Assembly: GCA_039922475.1 (NCBI GenBank)
Contig: JBDTEQ010000069.1
Span: forward strand, 549-64,548
Direction: 5' to 3'
DNA length: 64,000 nt
Source of the DNA: Edaphobacter sp.
GTDB lineage: Bacteria > Acidobacteriota > Terriglobia > Terriglobales > Acidobacteriaceae
Shown here in pieces: positions 56,483-64,000 of this stretch; the stretch's first letter is position 1; each line of letters starts with the position of its first letter. The notes below the pieces were generated by a model. The model saw only the letters and a list, made by a program, of their open reading frames with translations. It had not been told where the DNA came from and searched no databases. The position numbers were made by a program, and so were the translations under genes.

Positions 56483-56730
56483 TTCAAACCCCGCACTTCA
56501 AACGAAAGCGCCCTTCAAACCAAACCCGCTCACGGCCTCCTTACGAGTGGCCCCCTCGCATTTTGCCTTGTCGTTGCCGAGTAGAGCACCCGCCACTGCT
56601 TCATCAATTCCAGTATCGAATCGTTAACTGAGTTGATTCGCACAGGTGCAAGTGGAAAAATCCCACACACAACAGCCCTACACTCGGCTCTACCAGAGCG
56701 ACAGGTTATCTACAAGCCGTGGGGATTCTA

Positions 56731-57711
56731 ATGAAGCGCCCAATGTTGAAGCCTCTTCTCTCTCTTCTTTGCATCGTCTCTGCGTCCGCAACTCTCTGCG
56801 CGCAGACGTCCTCCTGGCAGCCGTCACCCGGACACACGCAAATACCGATTTGGCCCGGAACAATCCCCAATGCCCGGCCCATCACCGGCCCGGAGACGAT
56901 AAAAGCCGACGCGCAGGATCTGGTCGCCGGCAAGCCGTGGCTTTATATCAACACCGTCTCGCAACCAACGATGACGGTCTACTCGCCGAAGGAAAAGAAT
57001 ACCGGCGTCGCAGTCGTCGTCTTCCCTGGCGGAGGCTATCAGATCCTGGCCATTGACCTGGAAGGCACAGAGGTCTGCGACTGGCTCACATCCAGAGGGA
57101 TTACGTGTGTGCTGCTAAAGTACCGCGTGCCGGGCGAGGCGAAGCTTCCGACATCGGGGCCGTATCCGGAATCACCCGAAGCGCTGGAAGATGCACAGAG
57201 GACGTTGGGATTGGTGCGCTTTCATGCGACGGAGTGGCACATCAATCCCCACAAGATCGGCGTCCTTGGGTTTTCAGCAGGCGGACATCTGGCAGCAGCA
57301 ACGAGCTTCCATTTTCAACGACGTTTATATCTGGCCGTCGATGTCGCCGACAAAGAGAGCTGCCGCCCGGACTTTGCAGTAGCGATTTATCCGGGACATC
57401 TCGTCCATAACACAAACAGTCTTGATGTCACCCCTGATATCCGCACTCACCTGACCCGTCAAACCCCGCCAACATTCCTGCTGCAGAACGAAGACGACAA
57501 CGTCGACGGCGTCGAGCAATCGCTGTCTTACTACGTTGCACTCAAAGACGCCGGGGTTCCCGTGGAGATGCATCTCTACGCGCAGGGCGGCCATGCCTTC
57601 GGGCTTCGGCGCACAAAGCTTCCAGTAACAGCATGGCCTCAGTTGGTGGAGACATGGCTAAACACGATCGGCATAACCTCGGAAGAAGCGTCCAACCCGC
57701 CGCGGCTCTGA
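56731..57711 (+). CDS. secreted alpha/beta-hydrolase (esterase/xylanase-type)
   Basis: ATG at 56731 (MKRPMLKPLLSLLCIVSASATLCAQ). VVVFPGGGY and nucleophile elbow GFSAGGHLAA. Confidence 0.85.
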   Translation: MKRPMLKPLLSLLCIVSASATLCAQTSSWQPSPGHTQIPIWPGTIPNARPITGPETIKADAQDLVAGKPWLYINTVSQPTMTVYSPKEKNTGVAVVVFPGGGYQILAIDLEGTEVCDWLTSRGITCVLLKYRVPGEAKLPTSGPYPESPEALEDAQRTLGLVRFHATEWHINPHKIGVLGFSAGGHLAAATSFHFQRRLYLAVDVADKESCRPDFAVAIYPGHLVHNTNSLDVTPDIRTHLTRQTPPTFLLQNEDDNVDGVEQSLSYYVALKDAGVPVEMHLYAQGGHAFGLRRTKLPVTAWPQLVETWLNTIGITSEEASNPPRL

Positions 57712-57804
57712 GACTGGCTGGTAGGGAGCTAGCCCCGCATAAGGAACGCGGATTTAGACGCATAATGGCTGTTGCCCTTGCCTTTTCTTGTCACCCAACA
57801 AAAC

Positions 57805-57915
57805 CGTCATTTCGACCGAAGCCACTCACGGTCTCATCGTGAGTGGCGCAGTGGAGAAATCCCCGCATTTCGTCGTTGCCATTGGCTTTTGCCGATCTGC
57901 TCTTGCCCTTCTTGT
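57805..57915 (+). repeat. family-B repeat
   Basis: cgtcatttcgaccgaagccactcacggtctcatcgtgagtggcgcagtggagaaatccccgcatttcg plus a tail. The inner stem differs from copy 52313 by compensatory changes. Confidence 0.9.
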
Positions 57916-57952
57916 TGTCATCCCGAAGGGAACCTGCTGTTGCCTGTTCCTG
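57916..57952 (+). repeat. family-A repeat (minimal form)
   Basis: tgtcatcccgaagggaacctgctgttgcctgttcctg. Confidence 0.85.
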
Positions 57953-58426
57953 ATCCGTATCATCTGTGAAGATCCATGTTAAGCCTCTCCACCCTCAACA
58001 TCGAAGCCCACAGCTAAACCAATAGGAATAAACCACATACGCAAATCAAAAAATAAATTCTTCAAATTCAGCCCAAAAATCGCATGTCAAGTCCCGAAAC
58101 CACCTAACTCACTCAAACGAAAAGAAATAGAGTTGGCGTATTAGTTAGCTCCAATTCGCTATACTTAAAACAGTGGGAAAAAACGATCTTGATCCAGCCA
58201 ATAAGGTGTAACTCCTTTCCCTGGAAATATTTAGCTGCAACCCCTTTGTTTGGACATATTTACAGCGAGCCTTCTATCGTAAATCAATGAAACGAAACGG
58301 CTTGCCGCCTGGCAATGGGGGTGGGGTACCTCCGGAGGCGAAGAAAGGAGCAGGAATGACTACCGACCACACGGCTGCGGAGTCCTCAAACTCACCACCG
58401 GGCAGCAAACCGCCTTTGTAACCGAA

Positions 58427-58485
58427 GCCCCATATCTTCTCTCCTGTACACGGAGGATGGGGACGCATAAGCATCACCTGCGTCC
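58427..58485 (+). repeat. family-D-like repeat (degenerate) in the sdaA upstream region
   Basis: gccccatatcttctctcctgtacacggaggatggggacgcataagcatcacctgcgtcc. The second hairpin is GGACGCA/TGCGTCC. Confidence 0.45.
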
Positions 58486-58641
58486 ACCTCAAACACGCCG
58501 ACGAGTCCATCATGGCCGGCGCTCTACAACCGCCTGGCGCAACCTGCAACAGGAGCAATCGCAAAAGGAAAACCCGACTCCAAAGCAAAAGAAATCCGCC
58601 AAATCCACCAACCCGGCCAAAACCTCTCACCGCACCCTACA

Positions 58642-60150
58642 ATGGTTATCGTGAATACCAGTCTCTTCGAACTCTTCAAAATCGGTATCGGCCCCTCGAG
58701 CTCCCACACCGTCGGCCCCATGCGAGCAGCGCTCCGCTTCACCCGCGAACTCGCTGCCGCAGACCTCCTCGATAAAACCGCAAAGGTCTCCGTCGACCTC
58801 TACGGCTCCCTCGCCCTCACCGGAATCGGCCACGGCACCGACCGAGCCATCCTCCTCGGTCTCCTCGGGGAAGCGCCCAACACCGTAGACCCCGCCACCG
58901 TCGAAGAAAAGATCGCCGCCATCCGCAAAACCAACTCCCTCGCCCTCGGCGGCTGCAAGACAATCCCCTTCACCGAATCCGAAGACCTGACCTTCCACCG
59001 CAACCAGATGTACCCGGATCCCGCCATCCACTCCCACCCCAACGGCATGCACTTCACCGCCTTCGATAACACCGGACGAAAGCTCGCTGACGAAATCTTC
59101 TACTCCATCGGCGGAGGCTTCATCGTCTCGGAAGCCGAGCGCACCGCCGAAGCCTCCACCAGCACCCGCAAAGTCCCCTACCCCTTCCGCAGCGCCGCCG
59201 ACCTCCTCTCCACCGCAAAGCAAAACAATCTCACCATCGCAGAACTCCTCCTCGCCAACGAGGTCGCACTTCTCAACGACCCGAAGATTGCCATCACCCG
59301 CCCCCAGCCTTCAGTAGTTGAAGGTTGTCATCCTTCGCGAAGCGGAGGACCTGCTTCTTCCTCCTCAGCCATAGCTTCATCCCCCGAGGAAAAAATCAAA
59401 GCCAGCATCCTCGCCATCTGGCGCGTCATGCAGGAGTGCACCGAACGTGGCATCGCAACCGAAGGCATCCTCCCCGGAGGCCTCAACGTTCGCCGCCGCG
59501 CCTACCGCCTCGCCGAGCGCCTCAACACCATCGGCTCCAAAGACCCACTCGCACCCATCGACTGGGTCACCGTCTACGCCATGGCCGTCAACGAAGAGAA
59601 CGCAGCAGGAGGCAGAGTCGTCACCGCGCCCACCAATGGAGCAGCCGGCGTCATCCCCGCCATCGCCAACTACTACACCCACTTCATCGAAGGGACCGAA
59701 TCGGAGAAAGAAGAAGGCATCCTCCGCTACTTCCTCACCGCCGCCGCCATCGGCATTCTCTACAAGGAAAACGCCAGCATCTCCGGGGCAGAAGTCGGCT
59801 GCCAGGGAGAAGTCGGTGTAGCCTGCAGCATGGCCGCGGGAGGATTAGTCGCCGCCCTCAACGGAACCAACGCGCAAGTTGAACACGCTGCCGAGATCGG
59901 AATGGAACACAACCTCGGCATGACCTGCGACCCCATCGGCGGCCTCGTCCAGATCCCCTGCATCGAGCGCAACGGCATGGGAGCCGTCAAAGCCATCAAC
60001 GCCTGCCGCATGGCCATGCACGAGTCCGGCGACCACAAGCTCTCCCTCGACCAGATCATCGCCACCATGTACCAGACCGGCCTCGACATGCAGTCCCGCT
60101 ACAAGGAAACCTCCCTCGCCGGCCTCGCCCTCAACATCATCGAGTGCTGA
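58642..60150 (+). CDS. sdaA: L-serine ammonia-lyase (Fe-S, single chain), carrying an in-frame repeat insertion
   Basis: 502 aa. [17 protein letters not shown]-terminus. E. coli SdaA is 454 aa. Extra segment [23 protein letters not shown]. Confidence 0.9.
   Translation: MVIVNTSLFELFKIGIGPSSSHTVGPMRAALRFTRELAAADLLDKTAKVSVDLYGSLALTGIGHGTDRAILLGLLGEAPNTVDPATVEEKIAAIRKTNSLALGGCKTIPFTESEDLTFHRNQMYPDPAIHSHPNGMHFTAFDNTGRKLADEIFYSIGGGFIVSEAERTAEASTSTRKVPYPFRSAADLLSTAKQNNLTIAELLLANEVALLNDPKIAITRPQPSVVEGCHPSRSGGPASSSSAIASSPEEKIKASILAIWRVMQECTERGIATEGILPGGLNVRRRAYRLAERLNTIGSKDPLAPIDWVTVYAMAVNEENAAGGRVVTAPTNGAAGVIPAIANYYTHFIEGTESEKEEGILRYFLTAAAIGILYKENASISGAEVGCQGEVGVACSMAAGGLVAALNGTNAQVEHAAEIGMEHNLGMTCDPIGGLVQIPCIERNGMGAVKAINACRMAMHESGDHKLSLDQIIATMYQTGLDMQSRYKETSLAGLALNIIEC
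59326..59364 (+). repeat. family-A repeat (short form), in frame inside sdaA
   Basis: tgtcatccttcgcgaagcggaggacctgcttcttcctcc. Same reading frame ([11 protein letters not shown]) as the ilvB copy. Confidence 0.9.
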
Positions 60151-60172
60151 GCCCGACCATCACACACAGCAA

Positions 60173-60198
60173 AGCCGGTGCAAAAATTCGCACCGGCT
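60173..60198. terminator. bidirectional hairpin between convergent sdaA and OmpA-like genes
   Basis: AGCCGGTGC-aaaaattc-GCACCGGCT, a 9-bp stem. Confidence 0.6.
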
Positions 60199-60219
60199 CT
60201 GCACAACCGCAAATTACGT

Positions 60220-61398
60220 CTACTTCGCAGTAACCAGCAGCGAGATACGCCGATTCTGAGCACGCCCTTCTTCCGTAGCATTGCTCGCAACCGGATGCTC
60301 TTCGCCGTAACCCTTCGCTTCGAGCCGTGACGAATCGATGCCTGCCGCAACCAGAGCAGCCATAACATTCTTTGCCCGCTCATCGGAGAGCTTTATGTTC
60401 GCTTCTGCATCGCCTGTATTGTCGGTATATCCGCCGATCTTGGCATGAACGTTCGGATACGCCTTCAGGATCGCTGCAACATTGTTCAACTGCTCCTGCG
60501 ACGAAGTCTGTAGCGTGTCCTTGCCGGTATCGAAGGTCAGCCGGTCGAAGTCGAACCACGTCGTCTTATCCACTGGCTTCGACGAGTCGGCGATAAACGT
60601 CGCCAGCTTGTTCTCGATGCCCGTCTCAGGAACATTGAGACTTACGCCATCAGGCAGCTTCAGGGTAAAGAACCCCGCAGGCAAAGCCGGAGCTGGCGCA
60701 GCAGCTGGCGGTGGAGTCTCAACCGTCTCAGGAGCCTTCGACCGGTTGAAGTACCACAGCAAGCCGGCAATGATCGCAATCAGTATGATAACGGGCCACA
60801 GCCAGCGGTTGGCCGCGCCGGCCGCAACAGCAGGCACGGCAGCAGCTACATTCGGCACACCTCCCAGCAACGACCGGAAACCCGAAGGAAGAAACCCTTG
60901 AAGCTTCGAGGCATCTGCCTTGAGCGAGTTGCCAAGATCACTCGCGCTCAACCCGTTGTCACGAACATGCTGGCCCAGAAAGCCCAGCACCATGGGTGCA
61001 GCCATTGCGATCAACGAGCTGGCCTTGCCACCCGGCAGACCGGAGAATCGCCCGATCGCATCGGCAATTGCAGACTGGCCAGAACCGAAGATGCTGGAGG
61101 CGAACCTGCTGCCCAGATCACTCAACGGAGACCCGCCACCCGGAGCTGCTAAGGCAGGATTTGAAGCAAGGCTGGAGAGCGCGCCTGAACTATTCGCAGG
61201 ATTCGTAATAAGGCCGAAGATCTGACTCATAAATCCCGGTTGATCCGCCTTGGAAGCAATACCGGAAAGCATGGCAGCCGCGCTGCCTTGCAGCCCCCGT
61301 TGAACTGCATCCGTCGACTCGCCCAATCGTGAGGCGATAGGACCAGCTATCTGGGGACCCAACATACTCATCAAGCTATCTACGATAGAACCCGCCAT
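60220..61398 (-). CDS. DUF937 N-domain / OmpA C-domain envelope protein
   Basis: ATG at 61398, preceded by AAGGAGAG. N-terminus MAGSIVDSLMSMLGPQIAGPIASRLGES (DUF937-like), central TM helix, and C-terminal OmpA-like GGYTDNTGDAEANIKLSDERA...NRRI. Confidence 0.85.
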   Translation of the reverse strand: MAGSIVDSLMSMLGPQIAGPIASRLGESTDAVQRGLQGSAAAMLSGIASKADQPGFMSQIFGLITNPANSSGALSSLASNPALAAPGGGSPLSDLGSRFASSIFGSGQSAIADAIGRFSGLPGGKASSLIAMAAPMVLGFLGQHVRDNGLSASDLGNSLKADASKLQGFLPSGFRSLLGGVPNVAAAVPAVAAGAANRWLWPVIILIAIIAGLLWYFNRSKAPETVETPPPAAAPAPALPAGFFTLKLPDGVSLNVPETGIENKLATFIADSSKPVDKTTWFDFDRLTFDTGKDTLQTSSQEQLNNVAAILKAYPNVHAKIGGYTDNTGDAEANIKLSDERAKNVMAALVAAGIDSSRLEAKGYGEEHPVASNATEEGRAQNRRISLLVTAK

Positions 61399-61563
61399 AT
61401 ACTCTCCTTTTTGAACCAAGATTTGCGAGCCGCACGATGGGTCGACAAAACGAGGGGCCGGGCTCTCAGACGCGGCTCAGATATCAGCGAGCTAGCTGCG
61501 TATGATGTCTTTGGTTTGAAAGGCAGTTGTCCGTTCAGCGGAAATTGTATGAAATTACATCTT

Positions 61564-62763
61564 CTAGCTGCGCTCCACCGCCAGCGCCACCGAGTTTCCC
61601 CCACCAAGGCAAAGCGCCGCCACGCCCTTCTTCACATCCCGCCGCATCATCTCGTGGATCAGCGTTACCAGCACTCGCGCTCCACTCGCCCCAATCGGAT
61701 GCCCGATCGCCACCGCCCCGCCGTTCACATTCACCTTCGCGGCATCAAGCCCCAACTCCTGCATCACGCCCAGCGCCTGCACACTGAATGCTTCATTCAA
61801 CTCGTATAGATCAACATCGTCCCGCTTCCATCCAGCACGCTTCAGCACCAGCTTCACCCCCGTCACGGGAGCCAGCATCACCCACTTCGGCGCGACTCCA
61901 CTCGTAGCCTGCGCCTTGATCGTAACCAGCGCCTTCAATCCCAGTTCCTTCGCCTTCTCCGCCGACATCACCACAACCGCCGCCGCCGCATCATTCACCC
62001 CGGGAGCATTGCCCGCCGTCACTGTTCCATCCTTCTTGAACGCCGGCTTCAGCGCAGCAAGCGCCGCCAGCGCTGCAGCAGGATTATTGGCAGCGTCTTC
62101 TCTCACGCTCTCATCGCGCGACACCACCGTCACCGCGCCTTTCTTCCCTGGCACGCTCACCGGCACCACCTCTGCATCGAACCGCCCTTCTTTCCACGCA
62201 GTGCTCGCCTTTCTGTGCGAAGCCAGAGCATATGCATCCTGCTCCTCCCTCGTGATCGAGTGCTTCTCCGCCACATTCTCCCCCGTAATGCCCATGTGAT
62301 AGTCCTCACACGCACACCACAACCCATCCTTCACCATCGAGTCCACCACGACCGAGTCGCCCATGCGAAAGCCTTTGCGACCCTGTGGCAGCAGATACGG
62401 CGCATTCGTCATCGACTCCATCCCGCCCGCAACCACAATCTCCGCATCGCCAGCCATCACCGCCTGAGCAGCCAGCGCAACAGCCTTCAGCCCCGACCCG
62501 CACACCATATTGATCGTCATCGCCGAAACCGTGTCCGCCAACCCGCCCTGCAACGCAGCCTGCCGCGCCGGATTCTGCCCCAACCCCGCCGGCAGCACGC
62601 AGCCCATCAGACACTCATCCACGCTCGCCGGTTCGATCCCAGCCCGCCTCACTGCCTCACGAACCGCAATCGCTCCAAGCTGAACCGCCGTCATCTCTGC
62701 AAACGCCCCTTGAAACTTTCCCACCGGCGTCCGTACTGCAGCAACAATCACAACATCCTTCAT
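61564..62763 (-). CDS. acetyl-CoA C-acetyltransferase (thiolase II)
   Basis: 399 aa. MVCGSGLKA (active Cys), [15 protein letters not shown] and CLGGG. Confidence 0.95.
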   Translation of the reverse strand: MKDVVIVAAVRTPVGKFQGAFAEMTAVQLGAIAVREAVRRAGIEPASVDECLMGCVLPAGLGQNPARQAALQGGLADTVSAMTINMVCGSGLKAVALAAQAVMAGDAEIVVAGGMESMTNAPYLLPQGRKGFRMGDSVVVDSMVKDGLWCACEDYHMGITGENVAEKHSITREEQDAYALASHRKASTAWKEGRFDAEVVPVSVPGKKGAVTVVSRDESVREDAANNPAAALAALAALKPAFKKDGTVTAGNAPGVNDAAAAVVVMSAEKAKELGLKALVTIKAQATSGVAPKWVMLAPVTGVKLVLKRAGWKRDDVDLYELNEAFSVQALGVMQELGLDAAKVNVNGGAVAIGHPIGASGARVLVTLIHEMMRRDVKKGVAALCLGGGNSVALAVERS

Positions 62764-62796
62764 CGAAGAAAATACCTCAATGAAAACTCTACTCCA

Positions 62797-64000
62797 CTAG
62801 TTCCCCTTCACACTAGGTGGAGTCGCACCCGGCGGAACAATGTCGTACTGCGGCTCCGGCATCCCCATCAGGTATTTGTCGAACCAGTTGACGATATTCT
62901 CCAGCCGCTCTACGCGATGCCACGGCTCACCACTACGCGACAGCTCATGACTCTCACGCGGAAACCGCACCATCACGGTATCGATATGCCTGTACTTCAG
63001 AGCGCGGAAGAAGTCTTCGCCACCAGCCGTCGGCGGTGTGCGATAGTCTGCATCGCCAAGAATAAACAGCATCGGCGTCTGCACCTTTGTGATGTAAGTA
63101 ATCGGCGAATACTTTTTGAACTCGTCCACTTTGTCGAACGGCGCGCCTTCAAACCACGTCGGCTGAAACAGAGTAAAGTCCGCCGTATACCACCAGTTCG
63201 ACCAGTCTGCGATATCCCGTTGCGCCACCGCTGCCTTGAACCGGTTCGTCTGCGTCACCGTCCAGTCTGTCAGCAGTCCGCCTCCGCTTCCGCCCGTCAA
63301 ACCCATCTTCGCGGGGTCGACATACCCCAGCTTCACCACCGCATCCACGCAATCCATCAGATCGTGAAAATCATCGCCCGGATAGTTGTGCTGTATCACG
63401 TTGGCAAACTGCTGCCCATAAGTCGTCGATCCCCGAGGATTCGGATACACCACCACATATCCCTTCGCCGCCATCCACTGCATCTCGTGGTCGAACACCC
63501 ATCCATAAGCCGAATGCGGTCCACCATGAATATTCAAAATCAGCGGATACTTCTTCGTCTTATCAAAATCGGGCGGTAGCTGCACGAACGACTCAATCTT
63601 GTTCCCCGCAATGTCCTTCGCATTCGCAGTCGGCATCACCCGCATATCTTCCGGCATCGTCAAGTTCAACTGCGAAAACAGCGCCTTGTTCACATCCGTC
63701 AACTGCGCCTGCTGCTTCGAACCGTCCATCGCCACCGAAAACAGGTCCCCAATATCGATCGGCGTAGAGATCAGTGCCAGCATCTTCCCCGCATCCGGCT
63801 TTACGCTGAACCCAACCACCGCCTGCTTCTCCGCTGTTAGTTCCTTCACGGCTCCCGTCGTCGTATCGACTGACACCAGCAGCGCGCTCCCCTGCTTGCC
63901 TACAACATCGATCAGCGACCTGCCGTCGGCAGCCCACACCAGCCCGCCACGTCCACCACCCCGCGGAGCCGTATTATCGCCGCCCACTCCTCCACCCATC
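62797..64000 (-). CDS. S9-family serine peptidase (prolyl oligopeptidase/acylaminoacyl peptidase type), C-terminal part; gene continues beyond the window end
   Basis: Open to the window edge. Beta-propeller remnants followed by the catalytic domain with LTGGSGGG (GxSxGG) and GDADYRTP. Confidence 0.85.
   Translation of the reverse strand, partial: MGGGVGGDNTAPRGGGRGGLVWAADGRSLIDVVGKQGSALLVSVDTTTGAVKELTAEKQAVVGFSVKPDAGKMLALISTPIDIGDLFSVAMDGSKQQAQLTDVNKALFSQLNLTMPEDMRVMPTANAKDIAGNKIESFVQLPPDFDKTKKYPLILNIHGGPHSAYGWVFDHEMQWMAAKGYVVVYPNPRGSTTYGQQFANVIQHNYPGDDFHDLMDCVDAVVKLGYVDPAKMGLTGGSGGGLLTDWTVTQTNRFKAAVAQRDIADWSNWWYTADFTLFQPTWFEGAPFDKVDEFKKYSPITYITKVQTPMLFILGDADYRTPPTAGGEDFFRALKYRHIDTVMVRFPRESHELSRSGEPWHRVERLENIVNWFDKYLMGMPEPQYDIVPPGATPPSVKGN

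Noticed and set aside
58290-58641. Glycine/serine-responsive riboswitch upstream of sdaA
   Set aside because: A GGAGAG-like stretch exists on the minus strand only. The conserved CACCGAAGGGGCAA-type cores are absent on the sdaA strand. The GC-rich hairpins are better explained as repeat elements.

Overview
GC-rich chromosomal window. Gene and repeat content fit an Acidobacteriota (Terriglobia-like) genome best (inference). It is mostly core housekeeping genes. I saw no transposase, integrase, phage, CRISPR or recognisable defence genes. Main blocks: (i) 0.3-7.3 kb envelope genes: galE, a TonB-like protein, a secreted M48-like protein, three paralogous small beta-barrel OMPs and an LTXXQ/Spy-like protein. 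(ii) 7.4-21 kb: a LysR regulator divergent from a same-strand branched-chain amino-acid supraoperon, leuA(short)-leuB-leuC-leuD-ilvD-ilvB-ilvN-ilvC, interrupted by five passenger genes. (iii) An orphan histidine kinase, DUF427, topA-dprA, mqnA, fabH and SRP RNA. (iv) rimO, yacG, pgpA, cinA-plsY-gpsA, panE and ftsY. (v) A large TonB-dependent receptor behind an HTH-TOBE regulator, then ribD-ribE. (vi) An ECF sigma/anti-sigma operon, rho, an rpoZ-like gene, comM/yifB, an esterase, sdaA, DUF937-OmpA, a thiolase and an S9 peptidase. The most unusual signal is non-genic. Several families of short hairpin-forming repeats (more than 25 copies) pepper the window. The main families all lie in one orientation. 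Five copies sit in frame inside conserved enzymes (leuC, ilvB, rimO twice, sdaA), which recalls Rickettsia palindromic elements. Other second-look items: an 18-unit hexanucleotide microsatellite that can encode a 46-aa (Cys-Asp/Asn)n peptide upstream of the ECF operon; in-frame duplications in ribD and ftsY; a LeuA-type synthase lacking the regulatory domain; two secreted M48-like proteins with degenerate HExxH motifs; and a duplicated 3' end of the SRP RNA gene. All family names rest on motif recognition by eye. No searches were run.
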